A DNA stretch of 52,934 nt from a virus (IMGVR_UViG_3300011126_000153:1-52934), one strand, 5' to 3'; counted from the first letter of the stretch, positions 28,875-37,984 are shown. The notes: generated by a model not told the origin, from the sequence alone. A program made the numbers and translations.

Positions 28875-29283
28875 CGCAGAAATACAGCTGATAGGATATG
28901 TTTACCAAGATGCAAAATGCCCGAATGAGCAAGCTTATCCTAACTGGGTAACGTTTAAAGTTTGTGTTAATAAAAAATATAAAGATAAAAGCGGACAAGA
29001 ACAACAAGATACTAGCTGGTTCGAATGTAAATCTAATTCTGAAAAACAATCTCAGTTAATTAAATTATACGTTAAAGATAAAAGCGGAATACTCGTAAGA
29101 GGAATACCTAAAGTAAGAGCCTATACCTCGAGCGCAGGTACTGCTGAAGGTAGCATAGAAGTAATGGTTACATCCTTTGATGTTTTAACTAAGCCCAAGG
29201 GTAATAACACGACCTCTGAGAGTAACTATTCAAATAAGAGTGTACCTGTAGAATCGTTTAAAGATGATGATATCCCGTTTTAG
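28864..29283 (+). CDS. ssb: Single-stranded DNA-binding protein
   Basis: N..QLIG, YKDKSGQEQQDTSWF, acidic DDDIPF tail. Confidence 0.93.
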   Translation: MRNSAEIQLIGYVYQDAKCPNEQAYPNWVTFKVCVNKKYKDKSGQEQQDTSWFECKSNSEKQSQLIKLYVKDKSGILVRGIPKVRAYTSSAGTAEGSIEVMVTSFDVLTKPKGNNTTSESNYSNKSVPVESFKDDDIPF

Positions 29284-29343
29284 TAATTAAAATCGGGAAT
29301 AGTAGGAATACTGATATAATGTTTAATAATAAGAATAAAGGGA

Positions 29344-29859
29344 GTGATTATGAAGGATGAAGAGAAGAAGATAAATAAGACTAAGTGGGCGAATAAAAAA
29401 CCAAAAGGAAAGCAAAAGGTTAGTAGTAAAGCTAAAGCTAAAACTGACTATGAAGATAATCTGATAGAAAAAAAACATCCATTTGATAATGATGTTAATG
29501 AAGTCTACGTGCCATGGGACAGAGACAAAGAAATGTATGAGCATGTAATAACATCTGCTGAAGATAAGAAGATGAATAAGACTAAGTTGGCTAATAAAGT
29601 TACGGGAACGGTTATCTTAAATAGACCGAAGACAAAGCTAAAAAATAATGAAGACGATCTTTTATATGAAATAATAAGATGGGGCAAAGATAAGAAAAAA
29701 GCTGAAAAAGCTATAGAGGAAACCAAAAAGGATGTTCAGAAAACTTTAGAAGAAATAAAAATCATTCAAAGCTCTATAGAATCGGTTCAACGTAAAGTAG
29801 CAAAAAGATCAGAAAATGCAACTTGGAGTTGGATCAAAGGCTTATTTTATAACAAGTAA
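29344..29859 (+). CDS. Basic hypothetical protein with internal repeat
   Basis: EEKKINKTKWANK / EDKKMNKTKLANK. Confidence 0.65.
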   Translation: MIMKDEEKKINKTKWANKKPKGKQKVSSKAKAKTDYEDNLIEKKHPFDNDVNEVYVPWDRDKEMYEHVITSAEDKKMNKTKLANKVTGTVILNRPKTKLKNNEDDLLYEIIRWGKDKKKAEKAIEETKKDVQKTLEEIKIIQSSIESVQRKVAKRSENATWSWIKGLFYNK

Positions 29860-29899
29860 ATAATCAATAATCACTTACAAAATAACATATAGGGGGAGA

Positions 29900-30454
29900 A
29901 TGAAAACTAAAGAAGAATTTGTAAAGCATGTAAAAGTAGGGCAGCCTACTAAATATAAGGGTGACGAGCATATAGGTATGTTATTCGATACTATGGGAAA
30001 AGGAGAGGGGGTTATGGCATTTTGTGCTGAAGCCTCCATTAGTCAAACCACATTTAATCTATGGCTACGTACGCATAAAGAGTTTAAAGACGCTCATGAA
30101 ATAGTACTGAATATAGCCGGTAGGCAATGGGAGAAATACCCAAAGGATGATCCGGATTTTAATATAGCCTATTGGTCAGTAATAATGCGTAATCGCTATG
30201 GTTATGGTAAATCAAGAATTAGAGAAGCTAAGAACGAAACGCCACTTGCTCGTATAGAAACTATCTGGAAAGGCTTAGAAGAAGGAGAATTGGGGGCGCA
30301 AGAAGCAACGCAGTTAGCGTCCGTAGCAACTACACATGCTAATATTATAGCTAATTCGCAAGAAGAGCCAGGGGAAGTTAAGGTTGATAGCATAGAAGAT
30401 ATACTTGCAAAAGTAGCGATCATAAAAGGGGTGCTAGGTGACAATGCTAAATAA
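29900..30454 (+). CDS. Putative terminase small subunit
   Basis: GQPTKY...FCAEASISQTTFNLWLRTHKEFKDA...W..IMRNRYG, typical of TerS HTH families. Confidence 0.7.
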   Translation: MKTKEEFVKHVKVGQPTKYKGDEHIGMLFDTMGKGEGVMAFCAEASISQTTFNLWLRTHKEFKDAHEIVLNIAGRQWEKYPKDDPDFNIAYWSVIMRNRYGYGKSRIREAKNETPLARIETIWKGLEEGELGAQEATQLASVATTHANIIANSQEEPGEVKVDSIEDILAKVAIIKGVLGDNAK

Positions 30455-30800
30455 AAAGATCATGTCTATAGTAAAGCTGAACCATATATTTAAGGAGGTC
30501 AAAACTACCATTTTAGATATTATGTATTTGCTGGAGAAAGAAAAGGTTGATATACATCATCCGAAACTAATGCAAAGAGAAAGTGAGCTTGATGACGAGA
30601 TGGAAGAATTAACGAGCAAATTTAAACAATATAAGGCTCTTTCTGCTGCTACTGTAGTGAAGAATCAACATAGAAATAATTCAGAGAATGTAGATCGCTT
30701 ATTGAGATATTGTGATGAGTATATAGGACGTCCGGCAACTAAGGACGACAGATTTGTATTGGGTGATACGATTCGTTATAAAGAGGACTACATTGGTTGA
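30444..30800 (+). CDS. Hypothetical protein
   Basis: ORF overlapping the end of the TerS-like gene. Confidence 0.65.
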   Translation: MLNKKIMSIVKLNHIFKEVKTTILDIMYLLEKEKVDIHHPKLMQRESELDDEMEELTSKFKQYKALSAATVVKNQHRNNSENVDRLLRYCDEYIGRPATKDDRFVLGDTIRYKEDYIG

Positions 30801-30813
30801 AATAAGAATTTAG

Positions 30814-30841
30814 ACCATTTACCCCGAGTGAGGTAAATGGT
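30814..30841. terminator. Hairpin between convergent genes
   Basis: ACCATTTACC-8nt-GGTAAATGGT. Confidence 0.75.
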
Positions 30842-30847
30842 TCGCTG

Positions 30848-31519
30848 CTATTCGTCAATATAGTTGATTGTTCGTTCACCGCTTTCGCTAATGTGTAATA
30901 CGTCATAATCTTCTACTACAGTCATACTTTTTAGCTCAAGTTTCATAAGTGAATCATTTGTTCCCAGTGCCTCAGCAAATGCAATTGCTCCGTACTCGGA
31001 TATTATATTATGACTTAGATCAAGGTTTTTAAGAGTATGATTGAACTTTAAAGAATGGGCAATTGATGCTGCTCCGCTATAAGTAATCAAACACTGAATT
31101 AGCTCAAGAGTAGTGAGAGTAGTATTAACCTTTAAAGCCTGGGAAAATTCATCTGCCATTACATCCCCCATATAAGCATCTATTATACTAAGAGAAGATA
31201 GTTTTTTATTAAAATGTAAAGCCTCGGCGATAGCAGTAGTATCACACATTTTGGTATGGATTAGCTCTAGGCTCTCGAGAGTATCATTTACTTTTAAAGC
31301 TTCGCCTAATGCAATAGCTCCTTCCTCTTCTATTGATATGTCTCCTATATAAAGCCCGGTAACAGATTTATTTACTTTTAAAGCTTCCGCTAGAGCAATT
31401 ATTTCTTCAGTCGTTAGCTTTACAAATTCTTCACCTGAATTGTCGTAATTAGATAAGAATATCATGTTGTCTTTGTTTTTAGTGGCTAGAAATTCGTGTA
31501 TAATTGATAGGTATTTCAT
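30848..31519 (-). CDS. Second RNI-like (NLRC3-type) LRR protein
   Basis: Repeats such as GAIALGEALKVNDTLESLEL and LKFNHTLKNLDLSHNII; AGGAG RBS. Confidence 0.9.
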   Translation of the reverse strand: MKYLSIIHEFLATKNKDNMIFLSNYDNSGEEFVKLTTEEIIALAEALKVNKSVTGLYIGDISIEEEGAIALGEALKVNDTLESLELIHTKMCDTTAIAEALHFNKKLSSLSIIDAYMGDVMADEFSQALKVNTTLTTLELIQCLITYSGAASIAHSLKFNHTLKNLDLSHNIISEYGAIAFAEALGTNDSLMKLELKSMTVVEDYDVLHISESGERTINYIDE

Positions 31520-31570
31520 AATAGTTCTCCTTTAAGTTAACGTTTGGCACTGTGTAAGTGCTATAAAGCT

Positions 31571-31640
31571 ACTATAAAACACTATTTATTAGTTGTCAAT
31601 AGTTTTTTTTATTTACAACAACTATTTTATAATATATATT
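31571..31640. promoter_or_regulatory. Back-to-back sigma70 promoters (LRR gene leftward, RHH gene rightward)
   Basis: Minus TTGACA-N17-TATAGT (31599-31571); plus TTTACA-N17-TATATT (31612-31640). Confidence 0.7.
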
Positions 31641-31671
31641 ATGGAGACAATTAATTAAGTGAGTAAATATT

Positions 31672-31833
31672 ATGAGTAAAGAAGAAAAAAGTAAAACTAG
31701 TGTTATATCGGTATCAATGCCTAATGAGTTATATGATAAGCTAAGGGCGTATGCGGAGCAGAAGGATAGGTCAAAGGGTTCTGTTATGAGGACGGGACTT
31801 AAGTTGCTTTTAGAGGAGGAAAATAGAAAGTAG
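31672..31833 (+). CDS. CopG/ribbon-helix-helix regulator, 53 aa (not in track)
   Basis: MSKEEKSKTSVISVSMPNELYDKLRAYAEQKDRSKGSVMRTGLKLLL. Confidence 0.85.
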   Translation: MSKEEKSKTSVISVSMPNELYDKLRAYAEQKDRSKGSVMRTGLKLLLEEENRK

Positions 31834-31843
31834 GACTACAGAT

Positions 31844-31876
31844 AAACTATCTTAGCACGCCTCACTAAGATAGTTT
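31844..31876. terminator. Hairpin between the RHH gene and the end of the paralogue array
   Basis: AAACTATCTTAG-9nt-CTAAGATAGTTT. Confidence 0.75.
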
Positions 31877-31884
31877 GTTCTTTA

Positions 31885-32148
31885 TTAAAGGAGGGCAAAA
31901 AGCAAAACAGAAAGCACAATAGACGTAATACCTATGAGTATTATTCTTTTTGTTCTAAGGTTCTCTGCATCAAAAATCTTCTGAAACTTAATAGCATGCT
32001 CATCATCACACTCAAGAGGCTCATCAATGAGTGATAGGATAAAAACTGCCTCTTGCCCAGGTTCTAGTGTTATGGTGCTACATTCTTTTTTAGCTGCTCG
32101 AAGTTCTGCTATTTGCTGTTTTAGACTTGTGTTGTTATCTACTTTCAT
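31885..32148 (-). CDS. Array member 16, C-terminal transmembrane helix
   Basis: IILIGITSIVLSVLLFALL; TSLKxQ motif shared with the 22-aa ORF. Confidence 0.7.
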   Translation of the reverse strand: MKVDNNTSLKQQIAELRAAKKECSTITLEPGQEAVFILSLIDEPLECDDEHAIKFQKIFDAENLRTKRIILIGITSIVLSVLLFALL

Positions 32149-32821
32149 AATACAATTTATTTTCTCCGTTCATTATGGTTTTAAAAATATAAAATTCATC
32201 ATCAGTTAAGTTAAGAACATCAAAATTATGAGGACTTTTACCTAGGTATCCTTTTCTTTTTAAAAATCCAATTATTTTTAGTCTATGTTTTTTGGTATCA
32301 GGTTTAAATACATATGGAGTTTTTAAGGTTCTAAACTTATCAAGCCTAATGTTCATGTCATCCTGAAAAGTACACGTAGTTACAAATTTACTAGGCGATT
32401 GTAAAGATTCATCGAGAGATTCCTCAAACTTTGATAATTCAATTTCATTTCCGTGTGTTACAAATCCTATAGAGTGAATCATTGCGTGTTCTGAAATTTC
32501 ATTATTCAAAAACTTTTGAAGTACTTCTTTTGCTAAAGCACCCCTTAAATTGTTTAACGGATCTTTTTGCTTGTTTTTATGTATTTGGTTTAATGTTACA
32601 AAATAATAATCATTTTCGTTGTCTAAAAAATTTTTGCTATATTTAACTAATTTATCTTTAGCATCTTGGTTTAAATCTTCTATCAAGGCTATAGTATCTT
32701 CTTTAGTATTCTTTACTTTTTGTTTTTCGTCATTTAATTCAGATGCTTCAAAAAGAGCATATCCTAAATCGGATTCTTTAAACTTTATTAGTTCTAGTGC
32801 TAGTTTTTCGTTGTTAGTCAT
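32135..32821 (-). CDS. Array member 15
   Basis: ATGACTAA start; LKRKGYL..LNLTDDEFYIF motif. Confidence 0.8.
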   Translation of the reverse strand: MTNNEKLALELIKFKESDLGYALFEASELNDEKQKVKNTKEDTIALIEDLNQDAKDKLVKYSKNFLDNENDYYFVTLNQIHKNKQKDPLNNLRGALAKEVLQKFLNNEISEHAMIHSIGFVTHGNEIELSKFEESLDESLQSPSKFVTTCTFQDDMNIRLDKFRTLKTPYVFKPDTKKHRLKIIGFLKRKGYLGKSPHNFDVLNLTDDEFYIFKTIMNGENKLYYESR

Positions 32822-32829
32822 GCTGTTCC

Positions 32830-32898
32830 TTATTTTTTATAATTTTTTATGTTTGCTAGTTGCAGTTTTAGGCTTGTGGTCTGGTCTGGTTTAGTCAT
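32830..32898 (-). CDS. Array member 14, 22-aa mini-ORF MTKPDQTTSLKLQLANIKNYKK
   Basis: ATGACTAA start overlapping the upstream stop; fills the gap. Confidence 0.5.
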   Translation of the reverse strand: MTKPDQTTSLKLQLANIKNYKK

Positions 32899-33430
32899 AT
32901 TTACCTTCTACTGCGTTGTTAAAGTTGCTATATGCCATATCCATAAGTCTTTTATAAACCAAAAGTTCTATATCAGTTAGACAATTAGCAAAATCACAAT
33001 ATTGATTATCACATAGAACTATACTAGTATTAGTATATTTTATAAGCTTGCATTTTACCAAAGAGTCTAAAACTATGGTTATGTGACCTTCATATGATGG
33101 GAAGACATCTATTTTATAAGGGTTGTTATTATCCATTTTTTTAAACCGCTGATATATAGAGTCAAGTTTATCAGAAAAAATTATATTTTTAACAGGTGAT
33201 CTTTTATTCATTAGATCTTTCGCTAAATCAGAAATATAATCTTCATTTTTGATAGGGTCAGCCATTCTATCATCAAATGCAATATTATATTTAAAAGCCT
33301 CTTCCGCGTGTTTTAGCCTTGTTAGTTTCCCTATAGCTCCTTCTGCTAAGTACGGAGGGCTGAGTAAAATTAATTCTAGTTCTTCTTCTAGCTCCCTCTC
33401 CATAGCGTCTAGGTCATCTTGTTTAGTCAT
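32891..33430 (-). CDS. Array member 13
   Basis: MTKQDDLD head; LVKCKLI..LTDIELLVYK. Confidence 0.8.
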   Translation of the reverse strand: MTKQDDLDAMERELEEELELILLSPPYLAEGAIGKLTRLKHAEEAFKYNIAFDDRMADPIKNEDYISDLAKDLMNKRSPVKNIIFSDKLDSIYQRFKKMDNNNPYKIDVFPSYEGHITIVLDSLVKCKLIKYTNTSIVLCDNQYCDFANCLTDIELLVYKRLMDMAYSNFNNAVEGKYD

Positions 33431-33437
33431 ATTATCT

Positions 33438-33689
33438 CTACACGTTGGTTACTAAAATTATATAAAGCCTAACTTCATCATCAGTTAAACTATAAGGATT
33501 TATTGTGGAATGCATAATCATACATTCCGGCTCGCCATCCGAGGACTCTTTAATTAATCCTTTTTTTATTAGAGATTTTGCTACTTTCATTCTGTATTGC
33601 TCGTCTTGTAGATTAACAGATGGGCCTTGTAATTTCTCTGATCTCTTTACCATTTTTTCTTGAAATTCAATGATTTTTGTTATTGTCAT
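33438..33689 (-). CDS. Array member 12 (C-terminal module only)
   Basis: GAGG RBS before MTITK; LIKKGLI..LTDDEVRLY. Confidence 0.75.
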   Translation of the reverse strand: MTITKIIEFQEKMVKRSEKLQGPSVNLQDEQYRMKVAKSLIKKGLIKESSDGEPECMIMHSTINPYSLTDDEVRLYIILVTNV

Positions 33690-33819
33690 GCTGTTCCTCA
33701 TCTTTTATAATTTTTTCTATTCTCTTTTTTTCATTTGTCTTCATTTGTTGTAATTTTTTATATTTGCTTCTTGATCCACTGCTGCCCTTTCTTCCGGCTT
33801 TTCCTCTATCTTTAATCAT
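33667..33819 (-). CDS. Array member 11, 50-aa basic peptide (not in track)
   Basis: GAGGAGGAG RBS; MIKDRGKAGRKGSSGSRSKYKK... Confidence 0.55.
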   Translation of the reverse strand: MIKDRGKAGRKGSSGSRSKYKKLQQMKTNEKKRIEKIIKDEEQHDNNKNH

Positions 33820-33828
33820 TCTCCTCCT

Positions 33829-34188
33829 CTATTTTACTGTTGTAGTTACTTTTACCATTTTATTTCCGGTGTACCCAAATCGCATTATATCCTCTCGTGT
33901 AAAATAGTCTATCTTAGATGCTTTTTTAGGATCATCGGAATAAATACAGTATCTTATAAAGTCGTCATCATCGTGTACAACCGAGGAAGTTAGGTATTCT
34001 AATGCAGCGTCTCTCGTATGCTCTGTTATTTGGCTCGTCATATACAGCACATCGACTTTCTCTTCTAAGCTCTCTGGTGTTGGCATATACACTGGGGCAT
34101 ATCCTTCTGGAAGTCTTACAGGTATTCTACGTTGAAGCTTTCTCAGGTCGCATTTAGGTAGTGGTGTTTGTTCTTTGCCGTTAGTCAT
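33829..34188 (-). CDS. Array member 10
   Basis: LEEKVDVLYMTSQITEHTRDAALEYL; FIRYCIYSDD. Confidence 0.8.
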   Translation of the reverse strand: MTNGKEQTPLPKCDLRKLQRRIPVRLPEGYAPVYMPTPESLEEKVDVLYMTSQITEHTRDAALEYLTSSVVHDDDDFIRYCIYSDDPKKASKIDYFTREDIMRFGYTGNKMVKVTTTVK

Positions 34189-34555
34189 TTTTCTCCTCCT
34201 TAAAAATATCTAATAGACTTGGCCGCAAGAACTTCATAGACATGAAAATTGTATTTGGCATTCTAAATGGAACAAAGCGCCTTTTGTATTCTAGCATTTC
34301 TAATTTTTCCGCAGCTGAAGCTTTATGATATCTTGGAGAATCCATAACCTTTTGCAGTCCTTCTTCCACCTGTTTTTTATCATCATCAGTATACTTAAAT
34401 TCGTTTGCGTACTGCAACATTTTAAGTTTGTCAGTAGCTGATGCTTCGGCATATTGAGTAGAGTCTAAAACTACTTGTAGTTCTATCTCATGTTCATCTT
34501 TGTTATATTGTTGTTCTAGTTGTTCTATAGTATATATGTCGTCTGGTTTAGTCAT
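34181..34555 (-). CDS. Array member 9 with internal duplication
   Basis: LQxVxDSxxYxxASAxxKLxMLxY occurs twice. Confidence 0.8.
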   Translation of the reverse strand: MTKPDDIYTIEQLEQQYNKDEHEIELQVVLDSTQYAEASATDKLKMLQYANEFKYTDDDKKQVEEGLQKVMDSPRYHKASAAEKLEMLEYKRRFVPFRMPNTIFMSMKFLRPSLLDIFKEEKND

Positions 34556-35175
34556 GCTACTAATATATTTGATTCTAATTTTTTCCAGAAAGTCTTGAGG
34601 CCAACAAGCTCTTCGTCAGATAAACTGCAAAGATCTATCTTATGGAGCGAAGGTAACGAATATGTACCTTTCTCTTTGTTAAAAACAAGAGTTCCTCTTT
34701 TTTCTAGAGCGTCAAATGCCTTTGTACCAGCGTGTACATTTGCAAACATTGTAATGTCATAGTCGTACCCTAGTTCCTTAAATCTCTTCTTAAGATCATC
34801 GTCCATAATGCAGAATTGTATAAATTCATCAATGGGGGTCAATGCCTCTTCAAGCTTTGATATAAACGCGGTGGCTTGTTCTATTTTTTTTAACCACATC
34901 TCTTTTTCGCTAATCCAATTATACGGCTCAAAACTCATGAATCCAATAGTGCCATCTTCTTTTATTGTTTCTTGAGTAGATACATCCCCACTTTCAGATA
35001 AAAACGTTTTACTTTCACCAGTATGAGGGGTTTTTAAACATTCTTGAAGCTTTAGCTTATACTCATCTAGTTCCGATATCTTACTAAGGAAATGATCTTT
35101 TTTGCTAGCTGAGATCTGTTCGCTTGTATACAGTTCTTTAATTCGTTTTATAATCTCTAGGTTATCGTTAGTCAT
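34552..35175 (-). CDS. Array member 8
   Basis: MTNDNLE head; ELYTSEQIS; FIQFCIMDD; LEKRG..LSDEEL. Confidence 0.8.
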   Translation of the reverse strand: MTNDNLEIIKRIKELYTSEQISASKKDHFLSKISELDEYKLKLQECLKTPHTGESKTFLSESGDVSTQETIKEDGTIGFMSFEPYNWISEKEMWLKKIEQATAFISKLEEALTPIDEFIQFCIMDDDLKKRFKELGYDYDITMFANVHAGTKAFDALEKRGTLVFNKEKGTYSLPSLHKIDLCSLSDEELVGLKTFWKKLESNILVA

Positions 35176-35216
35176 GCTGCTCCTCTAATAATTAAAATAT
35201 ATATTTGGCTTGTTTA

Positions 35217-35660
35217 TCAAAGCTCAAGGGCATCTAGAAATTTTTTATAAATAAAAACCTCTAAATCAGATAAATTAGTTATAGTAGAAAGGTCAATATA
35301 GGCAAAATCATACGCTCCGAACTCACTACCCCTTTTTTTAATGAGTTTTTTGTTTATCAACGAGTCCATTATTTGTTCATATTGTTCCTTTGCTTTTAGG
35401 ATTAAACCCCTAGTATTCACTCCTTCATCTTGTAGTCTTTTCATCCTTTCGTATAAAGTGTCGCAGAAAATAGCTTGTTTTATAAAAGAACCTGATGTTA
35501 TAGATTCTTCTAAATCAGGAAGATATCCATTATCACTAGTATTGGCTAGCCTATCTAAGACTTTTTCTTTCATATTAATTGAAATTTCTTTGTTTACCCA
35601 AAGATCAATAACTTGCTCTTCTAGCTTTTGTTTCCTAGCATCTAGGTTGTCGTTAGTCAT
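35217..35660 (-). CDS. Array member 7
   Basis: MTNDNLDARKQKLEEQVIDLW; LINKKLI..LSDLEV. Confidence 0.8.
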   Translation of the reverse strand: MTNDNLDARKQKLEEQVIDLWVNKEISINMKEKVLDRLANTSDNGYLPDLEESITSGSFIKQAIFCDTLYERMKRLQDEGVNTRGLILKAKEQYEQIMDSLINKKLIKKRGSEFGAYDFAYIDLSTITNLSDLEVFIYKKFLDALEL

Positions 35661-36118
35661 GCTTCCTCTGTTATATTGTTATTCTTAAGATTATCCCTAT
35701 ACTCCATGGTTTCCATTGAGCATTGATTATAAACCGCAAACTCTTCATTAGTTAAAGTAGAAAGGTTTAGATTAGATTTATCATCAACAATACTATATTT
35801 GTCATCATTATGTTGCTCGAAAAACCCTTTTTTAATTAGAGTTTTAGCTATTTTTTTCATCTCGTTTTTATCAAACTCAAAGCTTTTATCCGAAATTTCC
35901 TCTAATTTTTTATCATAATCATTGGAAAAAATACATGTCTTAAGAAATTGATCTGATGATTCTAGAAACTTAGATGTATTATCGGCTTCTTCTAGTGCCT
36001 CTTCTAGCACTTCTAAAGCAGTATCTCTTGAGTAGTTTGATATCTGTTTGGTTACATACAAATCTATAACCTTTTCTTTTAAATTTTGCATTCTAGCATC
36101 TAGGCTGTCTTTAGTCAT
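35657..36118 (-). CDS. Array member 6
   Basis: MTKDSLDARMQNLKEKVIDLYVTKQIS; LIKKGF..LTNEEF. Confidence 0.8.
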   Translation of the reverse strand: MTKDSLDARMQNLKEKVIDLYVTKQISNYSRDTALEVLEEALEEADNTSKFLESSDQFLKTCIFSNDYDKKLEEISDKSFEFDKNEMKKIAKTLIKKGFFEQHNDDKYSIVDDKSNLNLSTLTNEEFAVYNQCSMETMEYRDNLKNNNITEEA

Positions 36119-36149
36119 ATTGTTCCTCCATATTATTTAATTCATATAA

Positions 36150-36434
36150 CTAGATACCATCTAATAATCTCTCTAGAGGCTTTAGAGAATTGGTAGCTGC
36201 AATATCGTCTACTATTTTAGATGAGTGAGCTTCATGAGCATTAAATTCTTTTACAAAATTGTCGGGATTTTTTATACGTTCCTCAACAATTGAAATAAAT
36301 TTAATATTAGCTCTGGATATTAAATTTAACATACCTATTTTAGCTATTTCCGAGAGATTATTATTTGTATAAAGATCAATAATTTTCTCTTTTAACTTCT
36401 GCTTCCTAACATCTAGGTCATCTTGTTTAGTCAT
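36150..36434 (-). CDS. Array member 5 (N-terminal module only)
   Basis: MTKQDDLDVRKQKLKEKIIDLY. Confidence 0.8.
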   Translation of the reverse strand: MTKQDDLDVRKQKLKEKIIDLYTNNNLSEIAKIGMLNLISRANIKFISIVEERIKNPDNFVKEFNAHEAHSSKIVDDIAATNSLKPLERLLDGI

Positions 36435-36462
36435 TCTTCTCTCCTTTAATTTGTTTAATAAA

Positions 36463-36657
36463 TTATAATTCTGATTCGCTTAGGTTTGAAGACATGGCTT
36501 CTTTAAGTTCCTTAAGGTTCATTGGTTTTGATTCCCTGCATTCTAATTCAAAAAGCTCTATTGATGCTGCTTCTATAAAATCAGCAAACGTTATACCCTT
36601 AACTATTTCATCTTCTAGCTTATACTTCCTAACTTCTAGGTTCTCAGGTTTAGTCAT
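36463..36657 (-). CDS. Array member 4
   Basis: MTKPENLEVRKYKLEDEI. Confidence 0.75.
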   Translation of the reverse strand: MTKPENLEVRKYKLEDEIVKGITFADFIEAASIELFELECRESKPMNLKELKEAMSSNLSESEL

Positions 36658-36658
36658 A

Positions 36659-37225
36659 TTAGTCCTCTTCTTCCATCTGTTCCAGAATATTTGTTTCTAT
36701 TATATGATAAACAAGAAACTCTGTGTCTGTTAACTTAAAAACATCCTCCTTAGTTCTGTTTTTAAAAATCATGCTCAACTTGTCATCGCCTTCATCATTT
36801 AAAAAACCTTTTTCTACTAGAGAGTTATGTATTTCTTCGCTCTCTTTTTTATTTAAATTCAATGTTATCTCAGATAATAAGTCTAATCTTTTAGAATATT
36901 CATGAGAATAGATGCAGTTCTGCAAGAATGATTCCTGTGATTCTATGAGTTCTGCGTCATTTGATCTTAAACTCCCTAATGCCGTGTCTCTAACAAACTC
37001 TGATATCTGTTTTGTCAGGTGCAAGTCAACAACCTTTTTTTCTAGGTCTTTCTTCCAATCCTCGAAATTTTCATCCTCTTTTTTATCCTCTGTAATTTCC
37101 ATTAGTCTTATTTCTACTCCATGCTTTGCCCAAGCTTTTTGATGAGCTTCCGCATGTTCCATAGTACTAGGAATATACATAACTCTTTTTTTTGATTGTG
37201 CTTTTAGGCTGTCTGGTTCAGTCAT
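36659..37225 (-). CDS. Array member 3
   Basis: LEKKVVDLHLTKQISEFVRDTAL; FLQNCIYS; LVEKGFL..LTDTEF. Confidence 0.8.
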   Translation of the reverse strand: MTEPDSLKAQSKKRVMYIPSTMEHAEAHQKAWAKHGVEIRLMEITEDKKEDENFEDWKKDLEKKVVDLHLTKQISEFVRDTALGSLRSNDAELIESQESFLQNCIYSHEYSKRLDLLSEITLNLNKKESEEIHNSLVEKGFLNDEGDDKLSMIFKNRTKEDVFKLTDTEFLVYHIIETNILEQMEEED

Positions 37226-37476
37226 GTTTTTCCTCTGCTTACTTCTTTCATTACCCCATAAAGATATAAAAATTCATCATCATTTAAAATGTCTATATCC
37301 ATATCTTTGTTATTAAAATTATCAGAAATTCTAATCTTTTTTTGATCTACTGAAGTGTCTAAAAAGCCTTTATCTACCAAATTTTTTCTAAGTTGTTTAG
37401 GATCTTTGAAGGTCATTTTTTCAATATCTAGTTCGTTCAGTTTCTTTCTGAATTTTTCATTAAATTCATTCGTCAT
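37222..37476 (-). CDS. Array member 2 (C-terminal module only)
   Basis: GAGG RBS before MTNEF; LVDKGFL..LNDDEFLY. Confidence 0.75.
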   Translation of the reverse strand: MTNEFNEKFRKKLNELDIEKMTFKDPKQLRKNLVDKGFLDTSVDQKKIRISDNFNNKDMDIDILNDDEFLYLYGVMKEVSRGKT

Positions 37477-37496
37477 TTTTACCTCTTCGTACATTT

Positions 37497-37955
37497 TTAC
37501 CTCTTTGAATTATAATGCTCTATGTTCATACCATTAACTTGTTCGTATAAAATAAATTCATCATCAGTTAAATTATCAATATCTGTTGCTGCATTTGTTA
37601 GGTCTAGTTTTATTAAAGAGAATCCCTCTCCGCCCGCTTCTTCTTTAGCAAAGCCTTTTTTTATAAGTGATTCCCCTAGTTTTTTTAAAACTTTTATATT
37701 ATTCATCTTAAAAGGACGATCTGCTAATTCGTCAATTCTTTTGTTATATTTATCATTATGATTAGATAGTCGTGCAAACAAGTCGGGATTTTTCAGAGAT
37801 TGCTCAACGCTTAAAAAATAAGCTGCGTCATCCGTGTTTATTCTGTGTAATATAAAGTCCCTAGTATCAACCGAGACTTGTTTATTAAAATACATCTCTA
37901 TGATTTGTGTTGTTAGTTTCTCTTTTCTAGAGTCTAGGTTGTCTTCGTCTGTCAT
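37497..37955 (-). CDS. Array member 1
   Basis: Start moved to MTDEDNLDSRK (GAGG RBS, downstream of the promoter); LIKKGF..LTDDEFILY. Confidence 0.8.
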   Translation of the reverse strand: MTDEDNLDSRKEKLTTQIIEMYFNKQVSVDTRDFILHRINTDDAAYFLSVEQSLKNPDLFARLSNHNDKYNKRIDELADRPFKMNNIKVLKKLGESLIKKGFAKEEAGGEGFSLIKLDLTNAATDIDNLTDDEFILYEQVNGMNIEHYNSKR

Positions 37956-37984
37956 ATTAATCCTCATTTTTAAATTGTTAGCGT

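Noticed and set aside
31885-37955. CRISPR array, integron or diversity-generating retroelement
   Set aside because: The repeats are coding gene heads with irregular spacing; no attC-like hairpins, integron integrase, cas genes or reverse transcriptase seen
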